In this document: in pieces, positions 23,760-36,339 of the stretch
Layout of the letters: each line of letters starts with the position of its first letter
Position numbering within the stretch: position 1 is the first letter of the stretch
Origin: Octopus vulgaris
Taxonomy: Eukaryota
NCBI GenBank assembly: GCA_951406725.2
Contig: OX597815.1
Location: forward strand, 40,052,001-40,116,000
DNA length: 64,000 nt
Direction: 5' to 3'
The notes under the pieces: generated by a model
Seen by the model: only the letters and a program-made list of their open reading frames with translations
Databases searched by the model: none
What the model was told of the DNA's origin: nothing
Position numbers and translations under genes: made by a program

Positions 23760-25572
23760 CATTAGTACCTCGGTTTTCGAGCAACTTATTTCTTTATTGC
23801 CCACACGGGGACAACATAGACGGAACAATACAGCCTGATTTGGGGTCAGACACACAAAATGAGATATAAAAATTCGCCAAGGATGTCCACTCTCACTACT
23901 TTTGTACGTGATGGCTCTTGAGCCGTTGCTGCGAAAGCTGAGTGACATCCCGACGATTCCAAGTTGTGGAGGATCAGTTTCAGCATACGCGGACGACATC
24001 ACCATCATCGTGACCAAGATGGAACACCTACAGAGGGTAGGTGAAACGAGACGAGAAGGTGGCAAGAACAAAGGTTAACCGAGAAAAATCAGTCGGCTTG
24101 CAGCTCGGCACCTGGAGGGGCAAGTCGATGCCTTCGAATAGCGTCGTGAGACATTGGACAGAGGGTCCGGTTAAGTTGCTAGGTGTCTGGTTTGGCCCAG
24201 ATCTCCAGGTAGAAAAGGATCGGACGGAGGTATCGAACAAAGTGACCCTCGTAATTAAGACCTGGTCTTGGCGGTGGCTCTCCTTGAAAAGGAGGGAGGA
24301 GGTGCTAATGTATTCATCGCATCGATCATCATTTACCGCTTAACCGTCGTTCCTTGCCCAGATTCGTGGTTGAGCAAGTTGGAGAGACAGATCTTCCGCT
24401 TCTTGTGGAAGGGCTCGACTCCACTTGCGAGACGTTCTCTCTGTTGTCAAAAACTGTTAAAGAGTGGGTTAGGGATTCCTTGTCTGTTGATGCGCAAATA
24501 TGAGTTGAGGTTGAGGCACCTCTGGCTTTACCTGGATGGTGAACGGGTGTGGTCTCCGCTTGCGAAACGGATGTTTCCCAGGTTCACTAGTTTTGGTGGA
24601 TGAGAAAGCCGGTTTCGTCGAAGATCGAGGTTAGGTACTTGGTATACAGAATGCCTTAAGGCTCTCGTACAGTTCCGTCGCTCGGGCAATGCCAGCGGTT
24701 TTGGTACAACCGAATCTTTTTATAGCAGGTTGGTAGAGGGTGGATGTGATGACACTCTGGGGCAGACCCTGGGTCTCGATAATAATCAGTTAGACAGTAT
24801 GTTCCAAAGGATATTCGGCCGAAGACACTGGATAACTCCCAAAAGTCTCTGGCCTGGCAGTGTTACTGAGGAGCCTTACCGTTCGGGATAAGCTCACTAG
24901 ACACGGCCATCTCGGGCCATCGGCCTGTCCAAGATGCGAGAAGGACTGGGAAACCGTCCTGCACGCTATTGGTCACTGTCCGGAAGTGTCAGAAGTGTGG
25001 ACTTATGCAGAACACCTGTTGTCAGATGCAAGAAGAATACAACTGTCTTCTGAGTAAATTCTAAAAATTGACCCCCGGATTTCCTTACGAAAGAAGGTAA
25101 GAATTGTTTTGTTGTGGTAGTAGCAATCACGAAAGAGGTGATATGGAAGTCGAGAATGAAATGATTGGTGACGAGCAGCTTCATCTCTGGTCTCGGTTTG
25201 ATGAGATTTTTCCCCTTTCACCTGAAAAGGAAAGTGGGGCTGGAGAGGAGATGTACAAAGATAGATGGGCACGTGTTGCACGAATGCTGTGTGTGAAAGA
25301 CACTGCGTGAACATCTCATAGAGCTTAGCAAAAAGTGTCGGTAGTGGAACAGAGCTCGTGGAGTCAGGCCTAAAACCTGTTCCCCTGCCTCATTTCATGT
25401 TTGTCAATTTGTTTCGTAATTTGTGTTACCATCCGATTTTCCATTCGAATTCGTTGTAAATTTTTATATCTCATTTTGTTGTCTGACCCCAAATCAGGCT
25501 GTATTGTCCCGTTTATGTTGTCCCCGTGTGGGCAATAAAGAAACAAATTGTTCGAAAACCGAGGTACTACTG
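23760..25572. mobile_element. Composite element: Tigger/pogo-like TIRs extended to ~115-bp inverted repeats, enclosing a Tx1-like LINE 3' part
   Basis: TA|cattagtacctcggttttcgagcaa ... ttgttcgaaaaccgaggtactactg|TA. Inverted repeats at 23760-23874 and 25459-25572. Confidence 0.8.
23875..25543 (+). pseudogene. Tx1/L1-clade LINE ORF2 3' portion (RT + zf-RVT) and 3' UTR
   Basis: 'RQGCPLSLLLY', 'SAYADDITI', 'VKLLGVWFG', 'FRFLWKG', 'GLGIP' and 'CPRCEKDWETVLHAIGHC', with frameshifts. Ends in tgtgggcaataaagaaa. Confidence 0.9.
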
Positions 25573-26332
25573 TATTTGCATATTTGCTTGTGTGCTTACG
25601 GGTAATTTTTTGCTGTTATTGTTTTTTGTTTTGTCTTGTGTCTTCTATATTTTGTATTTTGCAGGGTCTGGAGTAAGAGTCAGAGCTCATGGCCTTTACA
25701 AGCCTTTCCGGGACGAGTGAGAGTCATGCTATTAACGTTCCGTTTAAAATATTGCAAGTCGACACACGCGGGTAAGAGATGAACAGAAAGTGATTCTGCA
25801 GGACCGATGCTCAGGACCGGCTATTGCGAGTTGTTCCTCAACCTGTATGTTTGTGCGGTGGGGAGCGATAAGAAATTATTTCGATCGCTCTTATGTCACC
25901 AACTATTATAATTTTTTTTATCTATACCGTACTTTCCTGTCGTCATGACTAGATACTAGATTTGATCACTCTTAATCTCATCGTGTGATGGTTTCTTTGA
26001 CAAAAACTAGACTGTTCATTGAGCCATCTGATTCACATGTTATACGGCATCATTAACTGTATACAGTTGTATCCAATGAAAACTCCATCTTATAGGATAT
26101 AAGCGGGTTCTCTTTTTCTTTCACTTTGATCAATTGCTAACAATCTTTTTCTCTAATGGTAATCGCTGTATGAGTTTCTCTTAACAACTCTGAATAATGT
26201 CCGTTCGCTTAATTTATCCTGTTCAGATAAATTGCTTTTTGAAGGTAAATGAAGAATTCAGACTACATAAGTCAGTGCCTTCTCTCTCTCTCTCTCTCTC
26301 CCTCTCTCTCTCGCTTTCGCTGCCTTATTATT

Positions 26333-26389
<57 letters not shown>

Positions 26390-26424
26390 GGAATATGAAT
26401 GGTATCAATTGTTCAATATATAAA

Positions 26425-27703
26425 TCTATATATATAAAACTCAACTTGTGTATCTGTGTATGTGTCTGTGTGTTTAACTTCCCGGCACATCTCCTCCTAG
26501 CCAACAAATCGTAGAACCACCAAAATTGGTCACTTAAAGTTTAGACGAATGAAAATTGAACTGCGATATTTCTGTTCCGAAATTCATCTCGCAAGTGCAA
26601 AAATCGATAATGTGTTTGTTTAGGCCTTATCCCATGCATTGAATAGTGAACTTTACTCAGTCAGCTGTTTGACGTGAACTGTGTTCACCACGCGTGCAAG
26701 CATGCGTAAATTGCATGAAAAATAAAAAAAATCAAGATATAAAAACGAATCGCCGTAAACATTGTAGAAATTCAGCAAAGAAATTAATTTTCGGGATGTA
26801 GCCTGGAGGGTTTTTTCGTATTAATCGTTTGGACTTTGTGAACACATACCAATTGTTTTCATAACATTTTTAACGCTTTGAATTAAAGGGGGGTAAAGAC
26901 CCTCTTCGGTCATGAATGACCATGGGATTGCACCTAGAAAGTTACCCTCCTAGACACAAGTCCGGGCAAGATTGTTTATGGAAGACCAGCAGTCGCCCAT
27001 ACATACCAGCCTCCCCTCTCCACGCCACCAGTGTTATCCAAGGGAAAGACAAAGGTCGATACAGTTTGGCACCAGTGACGTCGCAACTCATTTCTACAGC
27101 TGAGTGAACTGGAGCAACGTGAAAATAAAGTGCTTTGCTCAAGAACACAACACGCAGCCCGGTCCGGGATTCGAGCTCACAACCTCACGATCGTAAGCTC
27201 GACGCTCTAACCACTGAGCCATACGCCTTCACACAGCCATGCGCCTTCACGCTTTGAATTAAATGTGACCATTTTGTGTTGAGTCTGCAGTTTGAATCAC
27301 TTTAACCAAATTTTAGCAGGCCGGATTTTTGATCATCACGATAGATCGCCAGCGACTCCCTGAAACTCTCCCCTGAAATCCCCGTTGAGAAATACTGATC
27401 TAAAGGAATAATTCAACAATGCAATTATTTGATCAACAAAACTTTATGAAACGCTTCTACATACTTCCTATTGAGAAAATGGAACACATAAGCGCAAAAA
27501 TAGAGGGCATTAAATGCTTGATTTTAAAACCAAAATAATTGAATTTTGATTGAACTTCATCCAAGTTTAGCTAATTCGCGCGTGCATAAAACGCACGAGC
27601 GCATGTACGTACATTGTGTAAGAAAGTATTGATTTTTCACTCGCAGATTAATCAATTTTCCTCAGTGCGATTAATAGTCACACAAAGCCGGGCAATACTG
27701 CTA

Positions 27704-27704
<1 letters not shown>
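26425..27704 (+). mobile_element. Non-autonomous Helitron
   Basis: Start A|TCTATATATATAAAAC... with a following GT-rich tract, end ...GCCGGGCAATACTGCTAG|T. Inserted between A and T with no TSD. The 3' hairpin is degenerate. Confidence 0.75.
26888..27248 (-). mobile_element. tRNA-derived SINE nested in the Helitron, 15-bp TSD
   Basis: Minus-strand head tggctcagtggttagagcg...gagctcgaatccc. TSD acgctttgaattaaa at 26873-26887 and 27249-27263. Short duplication at the 5' end. Confidence 0.9.
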
Positions 27705-27751
<47 letters not shown>

Positions 27752-27777
27752 TGAACAATTGATACCATTGATATTCC

Positions 27778-27821
<44 letters not shown>

Positions 27822-27858
27822 AACTACTACTACTACTACTACTAATGATAATAATAAT

Positions 27859-28079
27859 AAGGTAGCGAGCTGGTAGAATAGTTAGCACGCCGGGGAAATG
27901 CTTAGCGGTATTTCGCCCGACTTTATGTTCTGACTTCAAACGTCACCGGAATCGACTTTGCCTTTTCAGCCTTTCGAAGTTGATAAATTAAGTACCAGTT
28001 GAGTACTGGCGTCGATGTAATCGACTGGTCCTTTCCTTCAAAATTTCAGTCCTTGTGCCTTTTGTAGAAAGGATTATTA
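27859..28079 (+). mobile_element. tRNA-derived SINE (same head as 15191-15597, different tail)
   Basis: aaggtagcgagctggtagaatagttagcacgccg...gtcgatgtaatcgact...gtgccttttgtagaaaggattatt. Confidence 0.85.
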
Positions 28080-28199
28080 CATTTTTGTTGTTATTGATGA
28101 TGATGATGATGCTGATGATGATGATGATCATCATCATCATCATCATCATCATCAAGCTAGTTCATGCTAATTTAATTAGCAGGACTGTTAGCTTGAGGT

Positions 28200-28790
28200 T
28201 TGGTGACAAATATCCTCAAACGTCAAGCATTTTCCTTTGGATTCTTACAGAGTATAAGATGGTATTTTTCTACAAGTTAACAAAGCGAATTTCAATATCT
28301 TTCAGTCTCTTGAGTGGCAATTTGGGTGTTGTGCTGTGTGCACCAGTTACCACAGGAATAATTATTGTCTTTCTCTTCCACAATTTCTTCAACTCTCTGG
28401 CTCGATCCTTTTTTATATATTTCAACTTTTTCAATTTCGTTCGTACCGATTCTATCATCATAGAGAATTGCAATGCCCATGATCTTGAACAGTGTATTTT
28501 GTCCTCAATAGTCATATCTGGTTTCCTTGCTTCAACAGTATGGTCAGAGCTGAAGGGAAAGTTTCATCATATCCATTAGTTTTCATTCTCTGTTTGTGTT
28601 CATACCACTTTCGTGTTATTTCGAGGTTACACACTCGGCATCCCAATGCACTCTTTTAGTTATTCTTTCTTTAATTATTCTTTCTGTGTACACCTTCCGT
28701 GTAAATCATAACATTTCTGTTATGATTCCTGGTATAATCGACTTGACTCATGTTGTTGCACAATGAACAGGGCTTATCCGTCTTGCCGCT
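28200..28790 (-). mobile_element. Old R4/Dong-like LINE 3' fragment (RLE domain)
   Basis: 'DHTVEARKPDM...EKVEIY...IIPVVTGA', homologous to 31416-32006. Confidence 0.65.
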
Positions 28791-28849
28791 GTTTTTCAAG
28801 GTACAGTGAGCAGAAACTCCAATGGTAGTTTTCTTGGAGTCAAAAGTAG

Positions 28850-30440
28850 AGGTTAATAGTTTTCATATGTTATTCCATCTAAAGGCTACAATAGACGACT
28901 GAGGAAATAATTGTTTGGAATTTTTCCGCAACATGCGGGAAACTTTCATGTAACACTTTTGAAATGCCAGCGAAATTTAAGTGCCAGTTAATCACTAAAG
29001 GAATTCTGTCACATATTGTAATTTGCTTGCTAAAATTATTCGGGAAAGTTTGAGCCTCTTTGATAATCTTAGTTATGTCATTTGCGATTTCCTTTAATCA
29101 TGATTCGCTATAACTGCACTTGACATAATGATGTAGAAAAGCATTTGCATATGTCCTGTAATCCTCTATGTCAATACAAATCCGCTTTATCCTCAAAAAT
29201 TGGGATTTGGGATTTCACCGAATTATATGATGTGGATGATCGAAGAGGCGGTGGAGGTAAATGTGGGATGACGTGGGCTTGCAAAATAACTCTGTTACTA
29301 TTCAGCCTCCAGAAAACTTAACTCTTGTGTCCAAAAATTCAACGCTAGTTTTTGAAAAACTAGACGTAAATTTTATGTTGGACTTAAAGCCATAGTTTTT
29401 AGTATAACACTCACAGAAATGCAAGAAATCAATTAAACTATCCTGTGATCCTTCCCAGACAAAAAAAAAGACGTTATCAATGAATCGTAACCAGAGTATT
29501 GGTTCATGACCATGTCGGGATTTGAATATTTTCAGTAACTGTGTCTCGAATTTTATCATGAAGACAGCGAGATTAACTCCCATGGGGATATTTATGGCGC
29601 AGCATCTCGTCTAGTGGTTAAATTTTTGTACAAACTTCATTGTGTTATTCTGTAACACAAACTTCAATAGCCTACAGAGAAAATTAGACGGAATACTTTT
29701 GTATGACCGTTTTTCGAAGGCGTTCATGCATGATTCTACCCCTTCATCGTGATCAATATTGGGATATAAGGAAGAAACATCCATGGTTACCAAAAAACAG
29801 TTATCAACATACCTTCCGTAGTTAAAAAGAAGTTGTTGATTTTAGACACAAAATCAAAAGTATTCTTAGTACAGGAAAAGTATCCTGATCTTTTTGCGAC
29901 AGAGAGTAGAAAGCCATCTAGCCACTCTGAAATTTCGAACTTTTTGTCTATTTTGGAGAGACTATAAAATACAAGTGTTCCTCTTTCTGACCGTAAAATT
30001 CTGCAGTCGGCTTTATTAATGAAATTGTTTTCCTTCATTCCCAGAATTATTTTGTCAATTTCCTTTCTGTAATTAGGATTTGGATCGACAGGTAATTCTT
30101 CATATTAAATGTCACTTAAAACTTCTTCACAAGTCGAAATATACTCACTTTTGTCCATAACTACAACAGCGCCTCCCTTATCTGCCCTTTTAATAACAAT
30201 AGAATCATTTTTAGCTGGACGACGGAGCGCATAATGCTGGGAATTTGTGAGGTTATTCCAGTTCCAGAACTTCCGCTTGTTTTTAAGCTTTCCCTAATGC
30301 CTGTCTGACAAGATTCAAAAAATTCCAGTAGTGCTTGTGAACGTCCATCCCGAACTTTATCTGGATACCAATTGGAATTCTTTTCAATCCAATTACGCCA
30401 GATTCGATCGTCATTATTTTTATTTTCAGTAAGTATAGGA
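28850..30440 (-). mobile_element. Penelope-like element RT (decayed)
   Basis: 'ADKGGAVVVMDK', 'MDVSSLYPNIDH', 'WLRFIDNVFF' and 'VEFLDT'. Confidence 0.85.
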
Positions 30441-30470
30441 TTGTGAAGTGTTACCTCAATCTTTTGAAAA

Positions 30471-30505
<35 letters not shown>

Positions 30506-30517
30506 CTATTATTATTA

Positions 30518-30561
<44 letters not shown>

Positions 30562-30564
<3 letters not shown>

Positions 30565-31113
30565 TAGTTTTATTTTTATAGCGTGCTTTCACTTCACTAC
30601 TGAGCGCAGCTCTGTGTGCCTTGGGTATGTGCTGTGATTTGTTGTGATGCTCTGATGGTTACTGTATGGAAAGTGTTCTGCGTAGGATGTGTGCAGTGCC
30701 TAGTAGTGCAATTTTCTATATGTTATATGTGTTTGTAAGTCCTGGTGTTTTTGTTATGTATTTGTCTGAATATTTGTTTATCATGCCTAATGCACCTACT
30801 ATGATAGGAATTGTTTGTTTTTAGATTCCACATCCTGGTTACCTCTATTTCCAGGTCTTTGTATTTTGAAAGTTTCTCCATTTCTTTTAGAGACACGGTG
30901 TCATCTGCTGGTATTGATACATCAATTAGAATGCATTTTTTTCTTCATGATCTCTGACAACTATATCTGGTCAGTTGGCCTTAATTTCTCTATCTGTGTG
31001 TATTGGCATATCCCAGAGTATGGTTTCTTTCTCGTTTTCTGTGACCTTTTCTGGTGTGTGCCTATACCATCTTTTTTCTGTTGTTATTCCATAATGTTGG
31101 CATAGCTTCCAGT

Positions 31114-31116
<3 letters not shown>
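30562..31116 (-). mobile_element. R4/Dong-like LINE, 5'-truncated copy in a (TAA)n array
   Basis: Near-identical to the 3' part of 31224-32377 and flanked by ATT arrays. Confidence 0.85.
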
Positions 31117-31156
<40 letters not shown>

Positions 31157-31223
31157 CATTATTATTATTATTATTATTATTGTTATTGTTATTATTATCA
31201 TTATTATTATTATTATTATTATT

Positions 31224-32377
31224 CAGTAGTGTATTTTTTATATCGTGCTTTCACTTCACTACCGAGCGCAGCTCTGTGTGCCTTGGGTATGTGCTGTGAT
31301 TTGTTGTGATGCTCTGATGGTTATTGTATGGAAAGTGTTCTGCGTAGGATGTGTGCAGTGCCTAGTAGTGCAATTTTCTGTATGTTATATGTGTTTGTAA
31401 GTCCTGGTGTTTTTGTTATGTATTTTTCTGAATATTTTTTATCATGCCTAATGCACCTACTATGATAGGAATTGTTTCTGTTTTTAGATTCCACATCCTG
31501 GTTACCTCTATTTCCAGGTCTTTGTATTTTGAAAGTTTCTCCATTTCTTTTAGAGACACGGTGTCATCCGCTGGTATTGATACATCAATTAGAATGCATT
31601 TTTTTTCTTCATGATCTCTGACAACTATATCTGGTCTTTTGGCCTTAATTTCTCTATCTGTGTGTATTGGCATATCCCAGAGTATGGTTTCTTTCTCGTT
31701 TTCTGTGACCTTTTCTGGTGTGTGCCTATACCATCTTTTTTCTGTTGTTATTCCATAATGTTGGCATAGTTTCCAGTGTATATAGGTCCCAACTCTGTCG
31801 TGTCTGTGAATATATTCCTTCTTAGCCAGGACTGGGCAGCCAGAGATAATATGATTTATTGTTTCTTGTCCATCTCCACATATTCTGCAGTTACTTGTTA
31901 TATTTCTTTTCATTACATGTTTTTGGTAATTTCTGGTGGGGAGGCTTTGGTCTCGTGCTGCAATTAAAAATCCTTCTGTCTCTACTTTGAGTCCTGAGCT
32001 TCTCAACCATTGTTGGGATTTTTTTCTTTGTTTTATTTCTTTTGCATTTAGTTTAGTCCAGTATTTGCCATGAAGGGGCTTTTCTTGCCATCGTTTATCA
32101 TGGTTCGTTGCTGTTCTATTTTTAGTTTGGATTTCATTTGTTTTATAGCTTTTGTTGTTTCTTCATCTTCTTCTTCTTCTTCATATTTATTAGGTGGTAT
32201 GATTTCTTGTTTGTATTTGTCAGCTTCCTTAAATACTGAGAACAGTTTTTTGTCTTGCTCGTGTTTTGCCGCTATTTGTATCAGTTTTCCTTCCTTCTGA
32301 AGTAGATATTTTTGCAGTCCTATGGTGGTTATTTTATAGTAGTTTTCCAGCTGTATAAGGCCTCTACAACCACCACT
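31224..32377 (-). mobile_element. R4/Dong-like LINE with CCHC and restriction-like endonuclease, 5'-truncated
   Basis: ORF 31416-32006 'CRICGDGQETINHIISGC...RHD...RPDIVVRD...IDVSIP...EKLSKY'. The 3' UTR runs into (TAA)n. Confidence 0.9.
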
Positions 32378-32400
32378 GTTATTATTATTATTATTATTAA

Positions 32401-32467
<67 letters not shown>

Positions 32468-32960
32468 TAAGACGTCGTACAGTATCCAATATCGTGATGT
32501 TGTTGATTGAAGATATTGTGTCTACCGGGGGCTTGTACTCTCTGTCAAGTCACAACAAGGACCGCAGACAGACAGTACTTGACGCAATATGCGTGCAGTT
32601 CCAAGTAATGCCGATTTTTACAATGCACCTACGACCTTTTTATCATACATTCTGCAGGGGTTCGTTGCACTTGTTGGTATTCAATGCTTGATCCTGGGGA
32701 GCGAAGATTAGGTTTACAGCATTCTTTTTTAGGTCACCCTTGCTGAGCCACCTGCATGATGCTTCCTGGTCTTTTAAGTTGTAAGTTTCACGGTGAATTG
32801 ATCATGTAATTCCATCGCTGGCTCTTCGTGATAGGGATTCATGAGCACTCTCAAGTCCATTTTTGGTAAATACTTCTGCTTTAACAGCATACTGTAGCAG
32901 GTCTTGTTTGCTGTTTATCAAATATTCTACTATGCTTCTTCTTTCACTGTTGATGCCCTC
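32468..32960 (-). mobile_element. Older, internally deleted R4-like fragment
   Basis: 'WLSKGDLKK...IFAPQDQALNT' next to an ATT array. Confidence 0.55.
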
Positions 32961-33189
32961 CCGTACGCTAATCAAAATGAAATATGTCATAAATAACAGT
33001 GACAAATTCATATGACACCGCAAATAATTGTTGTTGACAAAGTTTCGGAGAAATTGTATTCACCTCAATATAGGTCATTGATTGCTGAAATGCAAGAAAT
33101 TAAACAACAAATAGCTTACAAACTACAGAATTTTCTAAAGAAAGCCAAGAGAAAAAGATGTTTTATAAACACATTCTACCAGTATACGA

Positions 33190-35100
33190 AGTTTAAAAGT
33201 GTTTAGTTACAAAGAAATTATTTTAAAAATCTGCCGGTCAAAGCGAAAAGATCCGCCCTTTTTCAAAAAGAAATTTTAAAAACTGTGTTTGATTTTCGTT
33301 TTGACGAAAAATAATATAGACTTTGTCGCGGAGGGGAGTGTTTCTGGCTGTTACAACAGCCAGTACACTGTTGATTTTCCCCCTCTTCGTAGTACTAGCA
33401 TGCACACAGCAGTACCAACACCACCACCACTATCAGCAACAACAAAGAAAACCAAGAAATCACCACTATTGTTCCTGAAAAAGAAGGGGAAGAGAGAAAA
33501 GAAAAAAATAAAGAATGACACTGACACCATTACCACCATAAATACGAACAGCAAGAAATCTAGCGGCAACGGGTTCACCTCAGTGGCAAAGCAAACAAAA
33601 GAAATGTCGAACTTAACAACAAATAAAATAAAAAATCCAAAGAGGTTGTTAAGGAGGGAAGGAAATAACGTCTTCCTTAACACCCCTCAGGAATTTATAA
33701 AGGATACTAATAGAAAATCTGTATTATACAGAGTTTTAAACATCAAGAAGAAAAGAGTAGAACGAACCACCTAGCAACAGTTGGAAATGGCCTTCAAACC
33801 AATTTGGACTAACAAATCCTATGTGACAAGAGGAAGTCGCTTCGGCACGATTGAGGTACGTTTTTTCAACTGAACAGGAGGCAAGACAACATTCCACTGT
33901 ACCCCCAAAAACGGAGGAATTACTGCTCGTGCTGACATATCTTGATCGGTACTTGACAAAAATTTTAATTGGGGAGATAACCCCTGAAATAAATATATAT
34001 TGGCTGGTTGCGGCTGTCCTCTTTGATACAGAAAGCACTGCTACAATACTGGAGGTGCATAAATTGCACCAACAAAATTGGAATAGTCAGGGGTTGGAGC
34101 TTCTTGTTCAAATTGAACAAGAGGCCCTAAATTTAATCCCTGATTCAATAAACTTACGGACGGCACGAGACTACATGTAGCTGTGGAGGACAGGAGGTCG
34201 AGGTGCTATTATTGTGGAAACGATCAGCACCTCATGGTCGACTGCCCCAAATACAAGGAAATGCGTCCGGCGCTACTACCGACACCAGAAACGAGGGCAC
34301 ATCCAGTACAGCAGCAGCAACAACAGCAGCAGAAACCAACCCAAACACCAACACCATGACCACCAGCAGCAACAAGGGCGACACCGCCTCCAGCCGTCGC
34401 CAAGGCACCACCAACACCAACAACAGAGACACCAGCCGGAGTATCACCACCACCAGCCGGAGTACCACAACCACCAGCCGGAGTACCACCACCAACACCA
34501 GCCGGAATACCAGTAGCAGTAACACCATCTCCAACAGCTACTACAGCAGTAGCAGCAGCAACAGATGGACCCGAACAAAACCTAGTCCCAGAGAAAATCC
34601 CCCTTCCCGACATAAACAACTCGGACTCTTCAAGTACTGAGGTCGAGAGGATGGAGTGGCAGACAGCCCACTCTCCCCACCCCCACCCCCAAAAAAGAAA
34701 AAGACAGTTGAAGATAAAAGGGGTGGCACAAAAAAGAGGAACTTCCTAACAGCAACAACACACAAGAACCAACAACACTATCACTACCACTTCAAACGCC
34801 AACACAATGCACAACACAAACAGACTGCACAAACACCGCCAACCACACAGCCATCAACACAGACAATATAGAGTTTGTTACACACATTAGAGAAAACACA
34901 AATACCACAATGGAAGACTTTGTCATCCCAACGCACAATGCACCACCATCTAAATTTACTTTGGTATGGTGATGCTCAGAATAGGTTTCATAAATGTCAG
35001 GGGCCTCGGGTCGCCTTGGAAACAAGGTCACTTGTAGATGTTGCAGCCATTAGTGAATCCAGACTATCCGACCCACGAGACCTCATCACCCATTTCGGCT
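33190..35100 (+). mobile_element. Tx1-like LINE 5' portion: disrupted ORF1 with zinc knuckle, then start of the APE endonuclease
   Basis: 'VAVEDRRSRCYYCGNDQHLMVDC' near 34180-34245, QPEYHHH repeats, and 'VDVAAISESRL' near 35030. Confidence 0.75.
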
Positions 35101-35467
35101 ACAGTAACAGTTGGGAGTTAAAGTTCGTGTTAAATTATACAATATCAATAACGACAAAAATCATAATGAGATTTTTGTAGGTTCATATTTCTACTGCTCA
35201 TGATTGAAATGTGAGGTTCGATATCATGAGGCTCCGAGCTCGATTCTACTGCTAGTTCAAGAATAGGAGATAATAGGAGTTCTATAACCATTTATTCTTT
35301 GATTGTTGATAAATTACTGTCTATTCCTACCAAACGGCCACTCGGTTTGACGCTGGTTTATACTTTACGCCAGGCAGTAGGGTGTCGAAAACTGTAGTTT
35401 TATTTTCTCAAGAAACGACAGGGAAGAAACCTTGAAAGCTTGAAAGCAAACAACTTGAGCACTAATA

Positions 35468-35545
<78 letters not shown>

Positions 35546-35581
35546 TGATAATGATAATAATAATAATAATAATAATAATAA

Positions 35582-35942
<361 letters not shown>

Positions 35943-35968
35943 TAATAATAATGATAATGATAATAATA

Positions 35969-36249
35969 GGTAACTAGAATGTGGAATCTGAAAACAGAAA
36001 CAATTCCTATCATAGTAGGTGCATTAGGCATGATAAAAAAATATTCAGACAAATACATAACAAAAACACCAGGACTTACAAACACATATAACATACAGAA
36101 AATTGCACTACTAGGCACTGCACACATCCTACGCAGAACACTTTCCATACAATAACCATTAGAGCATCACAACAAATCACAGCACATACCCAAGGTACAC
36201 AGAGCTGCGCTCGGTAGTGAAATGAAAGCACGCTATAAAAATAAAACTA

Positions 36250-36252
<3 letters not shown>
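35969..36252 (+). mobile_element. R4/Dong-like LINE 3' end (same family as 31224-32377)
   Basis: Reverse complement of ~31224-31505, flanked by TAA arrays. Confidence 0.88.

Positions 36253-36339
<87 letters not shown>

Noticed and set aside
27160-27235. tRNA gene calls for tRNA-like sequences here and at 692-760, 15520-15597, 38397 and 42485
   Set aside because: They continue into SINE bodies, some have TSDs, and they lack proper acceptor stems.
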